Shown here: positions 9,702-19,077 of the stretch, in pieces
Layout of the letters: each line of letters opens with the position of its first letter
Position numbering within the stretch: position 1 is the first letter of the stretch
DNA from: Candidatus Dojkabacteria bacterium
GTDB taxonomy: Bacteria; Patescibacteriota; Dojkabacteria; B142; OLB20
Direction: 5' to 3'
NCBI GenBank assembly: GCA_035444565.1
Contig: DAOMOX010000002.1
Coordinates: forward strand, 211,207-275,206
Length of the DNA stretch: 64,000 nucleotides
Made by a program: the position numbers and the translations under genes
The notes under the pieces: generated by a model
Databases searched by the model: none
What the model was told of the DNA's origin: nothing
Seen by the model: the letters and a program-made list of their open reading frames with translations, nothing else

Positions 9702-9914
9702 TTATTAAGTTTTTATTGTCTTTCTCCCGTGCGTTTCATTTACGGGACTAATTCGATCTAAGCTTCGCTTTGCTCAACTTGATCTCATGAGCACGACTGC
9801 CAATCAAAACATAAAAATATTCTAGTTAGAGAAAACTCTTGTTATATCCTTGGTAGCATTAATGCGAAGAAGGACATCTCTCCTTATTTAGTTTTTATTG
9901 TCTTTCTCCCGTGC
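9693..9914. repeat. 40-bp direct repeat (39/40 identical) flanking a degraded duplicate of tRNA-Ser
   Basis: Copies at 9693-9732 and 9875-9914. The first copy holds the first 9 nt of tRNA-Ser plus its upstream region. The 142 bp between them keeps tRNA-Ser fragments (TTGGCAGTC D/anticodon segment, TCGAAT T-loop) on the minus strand. Confidence 0.55.
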
Positions 9915-9919
9915 TCTAG

Positions 9920-9957
9920 TTAATCCAGCCCTTTTATTGAGGGCTGGATTAATTTTA
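9920..9957 (+). terminator. strong hairpin (12-bp stem, TTAATCCAGCCC/GGGCTGGATTAA) followed by TTTT on the plus strand
   Basis: Perfect inverted repeat at 9920-9931 and 9941-9952 with a 9-nt loop and a T-run at 9953-9956. No plus-strand gene is evident upstream, so it may insulate the tRNA-Ser promoter region. Confidence 0.4.
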
Positions 9958-10290
9958 CCACCTCCCACGTACTTTCTCGAGAATCTTTTGATAATTTGTC
10001 AAAATAATATTTTACTACGTTGTTATATATAACATTACTTTATATATATCCCCAGGATGAATATGTCCCAGTGGCAGAGCGCTATGACGATTGATTTGTA
10101 TAAATCATGTTGTAGTGAATGGCATAATTATTCATACACAAACTCCGGGAACGAAGCCGACAACAGTATTGCTACTATAGTCGTAGACGAAAAAGGAGTT
10201 TATAGTCAACTTTAAGTAATACGAGTTGATTTTGCCTGAAAAGATTTATTCTTCCAGAAAATTTCCATGTTTAATTGCTAATATTCATTT

Positions 10291-10554
10291 ATGAAAGAAC
10301 GAATATTTAGTAAAAAAACGATATTTAGATTCATTATAGCCACCTACATCTTTTCAAGTTTTTTAGCGTTGGGAGTTATTGGGGAGAGAAATTACAGGTC
10401 GAATTTAATCAAGTATGGATATGAATTAGGAAGTGAAAAGACAATAGAAAATATTGTGGGGCAGATTGAGAGTGACCCGTGTGGCGAGATTTTAATATTT
10501 CAGAGAGATAAAAATTTCTCCCTCACTCCAAGCCAATGTTTAAAATCAAAATAA
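10291..10554 (+). CDS. small hypothetical protein with N-terminal hydrophobic segment
   Basis: 87-aa ORF with a signal/TM-like stretch (FRFIIATYIFSSFLALGVIG) and two Cys, convergent with the 1211-aa gene. A real product is uncertain. Confidence 0.3.
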   Translation: MKERIFSKKTIFRFIIATYIFSSFLALGVIGERNYRSNLIKYGYELGSEKTIENIVGQIESDPCGEILIFQRDKNFSLTPSQCLKSK

Positions 10555-10559
10555 TCAAA

Positions 10560-13500
10560 TTACTCTGTAGAAGCTTTCTTATATACCATACCTGTTCTCA
10601 ATGCCAAAATTGGTAATATAATTCTCCACAACCAGTATTTTGACATCTTAAATGATTCTATGAAGTCCACCGGTGTCTGTGTAGTATTTAATCCTCCAGA
10701 AGGTGTTAGTAATACCTTAGGTTTCAAAACAACTTGCTTGTCTTTTATGCTAGCTGCATTTTCTTGATACCAATTTTGGGCTGCTTCTTTAGTCATTCCT
10801 AATTTTTTCAATTTCTCTAGAGCCGATTCTACTGTATCAGAATCATCTAGCGTAAACTCCTTGATTAAATTATCATTTTCGTAATCTCCTGATAATTCCT
10901 TCATTCCAATTTCAATCTGTGGATGCTGGTTAAGCAAGGAGAAATTAGGACCATTACCTGACTTAAATAGTGACCCAGCCATAATAGCTGTCCACAAGGA
11001 GAGCATAAATCCTTCAAGTTTTAATTCTTTCGCTTGTTTCTCACCACCTGGTAAACCCCCTACTGACTCGATATAATCCTCCACAATCTTATCGTTTGTC
11101 GCAATGCCAAACAGAAATGCAGCAACATTATCGGCAAACATACTAACTCCTCCAGACAAAACAGTACTTAGATTAAGCTTAAGCATAAGCTTAGCCTTTG
11201 GCTCCAAATCACCCATGGCTTCGTCCACGCTACCAAATACTGATTTTGCAGACTCTATCATCGCACCAACATGCGATAATTGAGTTAACAATGCATAGAG
11301 CACTTCCTTCGCAGAATGTGATAGACCTTCTGCAATTTCTGATTCTTCGACATTAAATCCACCCATTTTAACAATTGCATCTCTTAAAGCCTGCCTATCT
11401 ACCACGTTGAGGTCATCATAAGAAAGACCCAACACTTTTGTAAGTTCAGGGTTAGCAACTCCTTCATCTAACATTTTTAATAGGGTGTCGACTAATTCAG
11501 GTTTAATGGTTGAATAGTCTATAGGTTCTTTTCCAGATCCATTTGAGAATTTTGCAATCAGCACTTCTTTGTAATCCTCAAAGAATTTATTTACCTTGCT
11601 CAATACCTTTAACATACCCTTTTCATTTCTATGTTCACCTAAACTGACTATAAATTCACTCATATATTTACTAATAGTTGTCATTTCTGCACCAGAAGGA
11701 ACATCTTCGTTTGTTCCGGTCATTACCGTAAAGGACATAATAGACTGTATGATATCAGTATTACCTGAAGCTAAATTAAATCCTTGTAAAAATTGAATGA
11801 ATTCCTCGTATGATATTTCTTGTCCTTCCACCAATCTGTCGAAAATGGTAAGCCCTGCTTCGTGATGTTCATCAGTTTCTAAAAATACAGCTTTATCCAC
11901 TAGTTCTCTTGGATCCTTCACAGCGCCCTTTACTGTCGAAAATACATTTACTACGCCATCTTGAAGTGTATGGCCAAGTGCCTTTAAACTATTAGTCACC
12001 ACATACCCGGGCATAACGAAAGATCGAGAATCTGTAATTTTAACTTTTGCAAAAAATTCTCTAACTAATGCATCTGACCTAGATTCGTCTGGGGACAATT
12101 CTAGTACTTCTCTTATAAATTGACCTAAATCAAATTCTAATTCGGGGTTCTCATCTCTATATAATTTAGCCTTCTCTATAAGATCATCATATGAACTTAT
12201 ACTTGAAGGGTCAGTTGATTCGAGGAAAGTAAGAAATTCATATTCAGTAACAACTCCTTTTAATTTAGTTATATCTACAGCAGTGGATTCTTTCAGGTTA
12301 TACGAAAGTTGCTCAATTTCCGCCCTTATCGATGCTTTCTCTTCTGACGGCATGACTTCTTTACTCAAGTGTTTTAATAAAGTATCAAGAGATATTACAG
12401 ATCCATCTCCTTTATAAAGTGAACGAAATGCATCATGATGTTCAATATCCGAGAACTTCACAACTCTGAAGTCTTCAATGTCCACGACTGTAGTTCCTCT
12501 CATAATCTCTTTTATTGTGGTCAATGGGTTTATCAGACCTTCCCCAACCTTACCAAGACCTATACCTATACCTTTTCCAAATTCAGATACAAATCTTGGA
12601 TTAGTAAGTGGATTTATTCCAAAAGATTCCTTCAGTGACCAACCAGAAGCGGTTAATCCTGATGCAAACGTAGCAATAATACCTTCCCCTTGACTTTTCT
12701 TAATATACTCAGGGAGGAAATCTCTTTCTAATGCTTCAGTTATTGCAAAAATGTTAGGAGGATCGCCTATCCCTATTAAGCCTGATGCATTTGCTGCATA
12801 GAACATTATTGCACCTCTTAAGCCACCTAGTTTGTTCATATTGATTGAAGTTTCAACCGCACTTGTGGCCTCTATAATCTCCATAGCGGTCTCTAAGTCT
12901 TTCGATACATTTAAACCATTTAGGTTTTCTAACATATTCTCAATCATTTTCTTTTTTGTTGCTATGTCTAGCAATTCATTTCCTAATTGGTTACCTAAGT
13001 CAGCCCCTAGATATGTTGTGAAAATGGGTGATAGTGCACCAATCATTCCCATTCCTCTAGAAGTAGTTGAAACTAACATGTCTTTGTAAAATCTATTCAA
13101 TCTTTCTAAATCTTCTCTCAATTCTTCTTGTTGATGAACTCTTTCTTCCTCATCTTCTACATTAAATTTTTGAATCTTTTCTGTTACAACTTTTCTTAAA
13201 TCTGCGGAAGAATAATCAATAGTCGAGCGATCATCATCTTCAGTACTAACAGACTCGAAGAAATTAAATTGCTTTTCACCTTCATCTACTAATTCTTGTT
13301 CTCTTTCTCTTCCCAGTAGGCTTTTGGTCCTTTCTATAAATCCTCTTTTTGGTTTGTCCGTTCCAATTCTTTCCTCATCTAAGTTTAATTGTTCGATGAT
13401 TTTATTTTCCATCAAAGCAGTTATGTTTGTTAAGACAGACAGTGCACCTGTTAAGATCAGATTAATAGGTGGAGTACCTCCCGTAAGTTCATGGATTATC

Positions 13501-14195
13501 TCATGTCCAAAATGCTTGTCAGCTTCATTACCATATTTTTGGAGAATAAAATCACAGGTATAAGCTAATCCTATGGATCTAGCTGCACTAAATTCGTTAA
13601 ATGTTTTCTCACCTTTACTTTTCGCGATTTGACCTACTGTGGTTGCAAAATGAACAAGCATCACACCCATTACTCCTTTACCAAGATAGGAAAGCTTTTC
13701 TTCTGAGTGTGAGTCTTCCTCTACAATTTCATCACCACTGTCATTTCTTCCTGCAGCCTCCAGTTCATCTTTAATATTCTGCAGCTTCTTTTCAAATTCC
13801 TCGTCTGTCAGATTATCTGCGGGATTGGCAGAATCTAAATTATTACCCCTATTACCTTTACCTTTGGCACTTTTTCCGTCAACCACTGAACCAGTAATTC
13901 CATTTGAATTGGCATCACCTGTATCTGGTTTGGGAATTATTCTTCTTAGAAACGGATTAGTTATAACAGGAGTAATAGCAGCCATGGCAAGAGTTTTTCC
14001 CAAGAAATCTCTTCTACCTTCATCAACAACTTTATTCTTTCCACCGCCGAATATCCTATCGCAAACATTCAAATATAATCCTACTAATGTTGGATCTGGT
14101 TCAGAGTATTCCGGCCTAGTTCCACCTTCAGGAAACATATCTCCCATCCTGCCTACAGGACCTTTCATATGTTGTTCTATTAATTCGTCAACCAT
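10560..14195 (-). CDS. giant (about 1200 aa) protein of unknown function with twin-arginine-like motif, HExxH motif and C-terminal hydrophobic segment
   Basis: RRDFLGK followed by the hydrophobic TLAMAAITPVI sits about 60 aa into the annotated ORF. An in-frame TTG 19 codons upstream of RR could be the true start. An internal HEIIH motif is present, and a C-terminal hydrophobic stretch (YWLWRIILPILAL) is followed by KK. Otherwise there are no recognisable domains. Confidence 0.6.
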   Translation of the reverse strand: MVDELIEQHMKGPVGRMGDMFPEGGTRPEYSEPDPTLVGLYLNVCDRIFGGGKNKVVDEGRRDFLGKTLAMAAITPVITNPFLRRIIPKPDTGDANSNGITGSVVDGKSAKGKGNRGNNLDSANPADNLTDEEFEKKLQNIKDELEAAGRNDSGDEIVEEDSHSEEKLSYLGKGVMGVMLVHFATTVGQIAKSKGEKTFNEFSAARSIGLAYTCDFILQKYGNEADKHFGHEIIHELTGGTPPINLILTGALSVLTNITALMENKIIEQLNLDEERIGTDKPKRGFIERTKSLLGREREQELVDEGEKQFNFFESVSTEDDDRSTIDYSSADLRKVVTEKIQKFNVEDEEERVHQQEELREDLERLNRFYKDMLVSTTSRGMGMIGALSPIFTTYLGADLGNQLGNELLDIATKKKMIENMLENLNGLNVSKDLETAMEIIEATSAVETSINMNKLGGLRGAIMFYAANASGLIGIGDPPNIFAITEALERDFLPEYIKKSQGEGIIATFASGLTASGWSLKESFGINPLTNPRFVSEFGKGIGIGLGKVGEGLINPLTTIKEIMRGTTVVDIEDFRVVKFSDIEHHDAFRSLYKGDGSVISLDTLLKHLSKEVMPSEEKASIRAEIEQLSYNLKESTAVDITKLKGVVTEYEFLTFLESTDPSSISSYDDLIEKAKLYRDENPELEFDLGQFIREVLELSPDESRSDALVREFFAKVKITDSRSFVMPGYVVTNSLKALGHTLQDGVVNVFSTVKGAVKDPRELVDKAVFLETDEHHEAGLTIFDRLVEGQEISYEEFIQFLQGFNLASGNTDIIQSIMSFTVMTGTNEDVPSGAEMTTISKYMSEFIVSLGEHRNEKGMLKVLSKVNKFFEDYKEVLIAKFSNGSGKEPIDYSTIKPELVDTLLKMLDEGVANPELTKVLGLSYDDLNVVDRQALRDAIVKMGGFNVEESEIAEGLSHSAKEVLYALLTQLSHVGAMIESAKSVFGSVDEAMGDLEPKAKLMLKLNLSTVLSGGVSMFADNVAAFLFGIATNDKIVEDYIESVGGLPGGEKQAKELKLEGFMLSLWTAIMAGSLFKSGNGPNFSLLNQHPQIEIGMKELSGDYENDNLIKEFTLDDSDTVESALEKLKKLGMTKEAAQNWYQENAASIKDKQVVLKPKVLLTPSGGLNTTQTPVDFIESFKMSKYWLWRIILPILALRTGMVYKKASTE

Positions 14196-14346
14196 TTTTC
14201 ACAATAAAAAAAGACTCGAAAGTCAAAAACAAAACTCAATTTTATTACTCATCTGTCAACTAGTCAATACCGAATTGGTAATTGTCTATTTTATATTTGA
14301 CACCAAAATAGCTGAGATATATAATCAAATCAGTTATATTACACAA

Positions 14347-15384
14347 ATGGAAATCAAGTATTCAGTAACAGAACAATTACTTAACATTATAAGTAAATTT
14401 CAAGAACTTCATGGTCGTGTTTATGGTGCCTACCATTTTCTAGATCATGAGACACAACGAAAAATCTTTCTCGAAGCCGAAGAAATCGCTGCTTTCTCTG
14501 CCGTCATAAATGATATTGGTGCTATGGAGGAGCTTAGTAAAGACTGGGATACTAGTCTTATTAATAAATTACTAAGTGCAGAAGATAAAATCTATTATCA
14601 CAATTACCTTTCAATTCTTAGAGAATTTCCTAAATTAATTCCCATTAAAGGAAATCTTATTACTTCCGAGATGTTAAAAACCATTCACAAAAATCTTCTA
14701 TCTCAAGAATCATCTTATTTTAGAACAGATACTAAGGAGATTTCATCAATAACAATCGAAGATGGAATTAAATACGAATACCAATCAACTGTGCGAACAC
14801 ATCCGAATGCAATCGTACCGAAATTGAATGAGTTCTCTAAGTGGCTGGAAAGCAATCAAGGTTTAAACCCTGTGATTTTGGCAGCGATAACGTACTTTAA
14901 AATTGCTGAAATCCATCCGTTCCATGAAGCAAATGGAAGATCCTCAAAAATATTATCTCGTGCTAAATTATACAAACATGGAATTGACACACACTTATTA
15001 CTAACTATTGATGATTATCTATTAACTAACCAACATTATTACTTCGATATCATTGAACAAACAATAAATAGCCAAGACTTAACAAAATGGATTGAGTTTT
15101 ACGCTAAAAGTTTATTACATGGAGTTACCCAAACTGCTAGATTAATCTACAACCATACAGCAGGGACTATCGATATTATGGAAAATAAGTTCACAATCCT
15201 AAAGCCCAGAGAAAAAGAAGTGATGCAAATCATAATGGATACACAAAATTCTAGCGGAGCAGAAATTGGAAGAGAGCTCAACATGACAAGACAAAACGTC
15301 AATGTCATAATTAAAGGTCTCCTGAAGAAAGGTTTAATAAAGAAAATAGGGAAGAACACAGGAGTAAGATATATCCCTTCCTAA
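14347..15384 (+). CDS. Fic-family protein (AMPylase-type) with C-terminal winged-HTH
   Basis: The Fic motif HPFHEANGRSSK matches HxFx(D/E)(A/G)N(G/K)R. The C-terminal helix-turn-helix reads TRQNVNVIIKGLLKKGLIKKIG. The true start is Met175 of the 519-aa track ORF, because the upstream part overlaps the 1211-aa gene on the other strand. Confidence 0.85.
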   Translation: MEIKYSVTEQLLNIISKFQELHGRVYGAYHFLDHETQRKIFLEAEEIAAFSAVINDIGAMEELSKDWDTSLINKLLSAEDKIYYHNYLSILREFPKLIPIKGNLITSEMLKTIHKNLLSQESSYFRTDTKEISSITIEDGIKYEYQSTVRTHPNAIVPKLNEFSKWLESNQGLNPVILAAITYFKIAEIHPFHEANGRSSKILSRAKLYKHGIDTHLLLTIDDYLLTNQHYYFDIIEQTINSQDLTKWIEFYAKSLLHGVTQTARLIYNHTAGTIDIMENKFTILKPREKEVMQIIMDTQNSSGAEIGRELNMTRQNVNVIIKGLLKKGLIKKIGKNTGVRYIPS

Positions 15385-15385
15385 T

Positions 15386-16037
15386 TTATTTCTCTGAACT
15401 TTTCAACCATTTAATTCCTAAGTACACAAATGGTGTTTCGATAATTGACATGAAGCATTTCAGAAGCCAATAAGGAATAATTAAACTTATAAGGAAGATT
15501 GCGTTTTCACTTACTCCCGAACTTAATGAATAAAATGCAAGAATCATAAACACAGAAGTATCAACAAATTGCGCGATAAAATTTGAGATATTATTTCTTA
15601 ACCACAGTTTAGATTTTCCCATTCTTTCACGGATTTTACTGAATATCTAAAATTTCTGCAAATGCGAAAGCAGTTAAACTAGCAGCAGAAATCCTTGCCG
15701 ATTTAAAGAATATAGTATCGTAAGCTGATTCGATTGCTTCAGAACGAGGAGAGGGAGTTAACCAAGTGGCAAAAAGTGAGAACATCATTATGAAAAAGAT
15801 TGTTAACAAACCGGACCTGACAATACTCCGTGCCCTTTCTTTTCCATACACTTCGATTACAACATCATTGATTGTGAAAAGTATAGGAATTAAAAAAATT
15901 GCTACACTTGCGTTTAATTGATAACCCAGAATATTGACCAAAGGAAATGTTTTGACACCACTTACCTCAGCCAGTACAAGACATGCTATATAAAAAGCAA
16001 CAAGCAAATCCATTTTATTAATTTTTTTGAAAAACAT
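15386..16037 (-). pseudogene. yhhQ: queuosine-precursor transporter (YhhQ/DUF165, VUT family) split by a frameshift
   Basis: Two adjacent ORFs (133 aa and 78 aa) sit in different frames. Together they align to YhhQ across the break (…AFAEILDIQ* / IFSKIRERMGKSKLWLRNNISNFIAQFVDT…). This implies a 3n+2 deletion near 15638-15646. Confidence 0.65.
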
Positions 16038-16146
16038 AATCCTAAGTAAAAAGTAATGGCTGATTATAATATTTTGGAAATCATTATGGAAATCTGAGGA
16101 ATTAAAGTTTGATTTTAATCATCGCGGCTTGTAAAATCACAATACT

Positions 16147-17259
16147 ATGTCAAAACGCGCAGAAAAACTCGCAGGAATTATCCTGAATCATTCATTAAAT
16201 GTTCAGAAAGGTGAGAGACTCACTATTTCAGCCTCTGATTTTTCAAGTATAGAACTACTAGAACCACTTTATGAACAAGCAATCCTAAAAGGTGCACTTG
16301 TAAATCTCGATATCTTCACAGGGAACTTCAGTGTTGGGAGAGCGGACTTTGGGAATTTTGCAAAAACTTTCTACAAAAATGCTTCTAAAGCACAACTAGA
16401 AGATGTTTCATTATATTCGTTGCAAACAGATTGGGCTGACAAAGTTGTAAAAATTGTTTCAATTCACGATAAAAACTTTTTGAGTAAAATCAATAGTTCG
16501 AAGATCTCATTAAGACAATCAGCTTTGAGGCCTGTTTCAGACAAGATGTTACAAAAACCATGGTGTTTGACATATTATCCCACGAAAGCATTGGCAGAAA
16601 ACTCGGGAATGACATTAGATGAGTTCACCGACTTTTACTACGATGCTTGCAATGTCGACTATGCAGACATGGATGCTGAAATCCTTCCCTTACAAGAATT
16701 ATTAGATAAGGGTGAACGAGTTGAGATAAAAGGTGATGGGATAGAACTATCATATAACATTAAAAATCGCCTCTCACTAGGTGTAGATAATGGCAAACAT
16801 AATATTCCTGATGGTGAGTGTTTCATTGCTCCAATGGAAAATTCCACTGAAGGATTTATAGAATTTGAATTACCTCAGATTTACAATGGGAATGAAGTTG
16901 AAGGTATAAAATTAGAATTTCAAAAAGGAAAAATTGTAAAATATTCATCAAAGTCTAACTCCAAATTCCTAAAAAGTATTTTCGAAAGCCACGACGGCAA
17001 TAAACGAATTGGTGAATTTGGAATAGGTATGAATAAAAAGATCACAAACTACATAAAAGATATTTTATTTGATGAAAAAATTTACGGGACAGTTCATTTC
17101 GCTCTTGGAATGTCATACCCCTACAAACGAGGTGGTGGTAAAAATCAAGCACCAATACACTGGGATATGATTAAGGATCTGAGGCATAAGGGAAGTATTA
17201 TTTCAGTCGATGGAACAATTATTTTCAAAGACGGAAAGCTGCAGAAATTAAAAAATTAA
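16147..17259 (+). CDS. aminopeptidase, M29 (AmpS/aminopeptidase T) family
   Basis: 370 aa with conserved C-terminal blocks (NIPDGECFIAP…GTVHFALGMSY…PIHWDMI). Confidence 0.6.
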   Translation: MSKRAEKLAGIILNHSLNVQKGERLTISASDFSSIELLEPLYEQAILKGALVNLDIFTGNFSVGRADFGNFAKTFYKNASKAQLEDVSLYSLQTDWADKVVKIVSIHDKNFLSKINSSKISLRQSALRPVSDKMLQKPWCLTYYPTKALAENSGMTLDEFTDFYYDACNVDYADMDAEILPLQELLDKGERVEIKGDGIELSYNIKNRLSLGVDNGKHNIPDGECFIAPMENSTEGFIEFELPQIYNGNEVEGIKLEFQKGKIVKYSSKSNSKFLKSIFESHDGNKRIGEFGIGMNKKITNYIKDILFDEKIYGTVHFALGMSYPYKRGGGKNQAPIHWDMIKDLRHKGSIISVDGTIIFKDGKLQKLKN

Positions 17260-17295
17260 AAAATTAAGAAATTCAAGGATGAATAAATTCCAGGT

Positions 17296-17922
17296 TTAAT
17301 TTACTACAATATCCTCAATCACCACATCCTCAACTGGCTTATCATTTGCACCAGTTTCTGTTTTTCCAATAGCTTCAACAACCTCAATACCACTGATTAC
17401 TTTTCCAAATACTGGGTGTTTATCGTCTAGGAAATTATTATCAACTAGATTGATAAAAAACTGACTACCACCTGTGTTTGGACCAGAATTTGCCATCGAC
17501 AGAGTGCCTTTGTTATTTTTATTGTCATCAGTGAACTCGTCCGGAATTGTATATCCTGGTCCTCCCGAACCTATACCATCAGGATCACCACCCTGAATCA
17601 TAAAACCATCAATTACTCTGTGGAAAATTACACTATCATAGAAGTCTTCTTGGGCGAGTTTAAGAAAATTATTTGCCGTTATCGGCATTGTCTCATTAAA
17701 CAACTCTATAGTTATATCTCCTTTGTTTGTTTTCATAACTACTGTTTTATTTGGTTGTGGAGTCTCGTTAATCATTTCTGAATTTAAATTAGTTAAAGTA
17801 TTATCAGCTGCAGCCTCTTCAGTCACAGTTACTTCGTCTGTATTACGCACGCAGCCAGTGATAAATAGAATGCTAACAAGAATTGTGACAAGGAAGAAAG
17901 ATTTTTTCATAATTTTATGCAA
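17296..17922 (-). CDS. ppiB: cyclophilin-type peptidyl-prolyl cis-trans isomerase, lipoprotein
   Basis: Lipobox LFITGC, then cyclophilin motifs ([36 protein letters not shown]). Confidence 0.9.
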   Translation of the reverse strand: MHKIMKKSFFLVTILVSILFITGCVRNTDEVTVTEEAAADNTLTNLNSEMINETPQPNKTVVMKTNKGDITIELFNETMPITANNFLKLAQEDFYDSVIFHRVIDGFMIQGGDPDGIGSGGPGYTIPDEFTDDNKNNKGTLSMANSGPNTGGSQFFINLVDNNFLDDKHPVFGKVISGIEVVEAIGKTETGANDKPVEDVVIEDIVVN

Positions 17923-17984
17923 AATAACCTAAACAGATTAGCATAAAATTTATCCCGCCCTCAACCCCCTGTAAAAAACAGGGG

Positions 17985-18425
17985 GAAGTTGGGATTAACT
18001 GTTTCGTAAGCCGGATTCTGTATCCTCGCGCTATGCGCAATTGAGATAGTCATTTGTCTATGCCCCCTATTACGAGGTTGCTCCGAGCAGGGGTTACCAT
18101 GCACTTATTTGTTGCCAAATAAGCCGGTGGTCTCTTACACGCCCTTTGATGTACTAATTATCAAAAGACACTGGCTTGGCCAGCCACCTTTTCAAGTTCA
18201 CTTATAGATATTCGTCTTCATTACGATCTTTTTCAGGCGGGCTGACAACCCATTCCTTCTATAAGTACTTTGCTCTCTGTTGCCCTTTTATCCGTAAGTT
18301 CACACCTACCCAGCCACTTCGTCTTCACTTATGTGAGGATCTGTGAATGGTACCCATCCCGTTTTAAAACGAGACAGAAATGGAGTCCGGACTTTCCTCC
18401 CCTCTTTCTAATTCCCAAAGGACCA
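17985..18425 (-). ncRNA. rnpB: RNase P RNA, bacterial type A
   Basis: Reverse complement carries the universal blocks GGAGGAAAGTCCGGACTCC (P4 5' strand), GGGCAACAGAGAGCAAA, GTGTAAGAGACCACC, GGAGCAA…AATAGGGG, AAATGACTATC and ACAGAATCCGGCTTA (P4 3' strand) in the canonical order. An AT-rich insertion sits in the middle, and the ends are approximate (about 15 nt either way). The track ORFs 18270-18455(+), 18380-18562(+) and 18460-18681(-) fall in the GC-rich rnpB zone (the last also lies inside the 185-aa gene) and are treated as spurious. Confidence 0.8.
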
Positions 18426-18472
18426 AGAAGGAGGAGCGACCATCAAAAACAGTGATTAATTATATCACGGAA

Positions 18473-19030
18473 CTAATATGTGATACGATCTTCGAAGGTA
18501 TAGGATTTTTCTCTGTAAACAAGTGTGATTTCGATCTTATAAGAATCTTTTGGTATCGATAAATCAAAATTACTTGGATTTGAGGCACTTCTTGAAAGTT
18601 CGTATTTAGTAAAAGATTCTTTTCCTTGTATATCCCAGTAAATATCAAACGTGTCTCCACTAGTACCCCATGGTTTACCACTCACATAAGGGACAAATCC
18701 AAGATTTACGTTCACTAGTGCCATTGTTTGACTATTAACATTTGCACTAATTTCTCCATCGATTGTAACATCTGCCTGTGTATCTGAAGGAGTTGGGGCT
18801 ACAGATCCGTACATCGCAAAAAGTATAATGCTACCAAGGGTAATAAAACCAATAAGTGGATAAATATTTTTACCTAGGAAACCATAACGAGGATTTTCAA
18901 AATTATTAAGCCTACTTTTAAGATGGAATATGTATAAAACAAGTGTGACAATTACAGAGATAATTACCAGACCAATTAACAACCCTGTCAGAGAGTAACC
19001 TTGATCGTAAATTCCAAAAATATTATCCAT
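18473..19030 (-). CDS. bitopic membrane protein (2 N-terminal TM helices plus a beta-rich C-terminal domain), last gene of the VirB4-like cluster
   Basis: 185 aa with hydrophobic helices LTGLLIGLVIISVIVTLVLYIF and IYPLIGFITLGSIILFAMYG. Function unknown. Confidence 0.5.
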   Translation of the reverse strand: MDNIFGIYDQGYSLTGLLIGLVIISVIVTLVLYIFHLKSRLNNFENPRYGFLGKNIYPLIGFITLGSIILFAMYGSVAPTPSDTQADVTIDGEISANVNSQTMALVNVNLGFVPYVSGKPWGTSGDTFDIYWDIQGKESFTKYELSRSASNPSNFDLSIPKDSYKIEITLVYREKSYTFEDRITY

Positions 19031-19077
19031 AATATTTAATAATATAATATTTCTAGAAATAATAGTAATTAGTTAAT

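Noticed and set aside
9361-9761. Track ORFs 9361-9543(+), 9447-9695(-) and 9516-9761(+).
   Set aside because: They overlap tRNA-Ser and the hairpin repeats and have no coding features.
9617-9960. An integrated prophage or ICE at tRNA-Ser.
   Set aside because: No integrase, relaxase or phage genes are adjacent, and the duplicated material covers the tRNA 5' end and promoter rather than a 3' attB-like segment. The region is reported as repeats and relics only.
13825-14346. The N-terminal 174 codons of the 519-aa track ORF (13825-15384, plus strand).
   Set aside because: This segment overlaps the start of the 1211-aa minus-strand gene, translates to a low-complexity L/P-rich sequence, and the Fic homology begins only at Met175 (14347).
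16038-16146. A preQ1 riboswitch upstream of the yhhQ-like gene.
   Set aside because: No hairpin plus A-rich tail matching the preQ1-I or preQ1-II aptamer consensus could be found by eye in the 5' leader.
18270-18681. Track ORFs 18270-18455(+), 18380-18562(+) and 18460-18681(-).
   Set aside because: The first two lie in the GC-rich rnpB zone, and the third lies within the 185-aa gene on its own strand in another frame. All are treated as chance ORFs.
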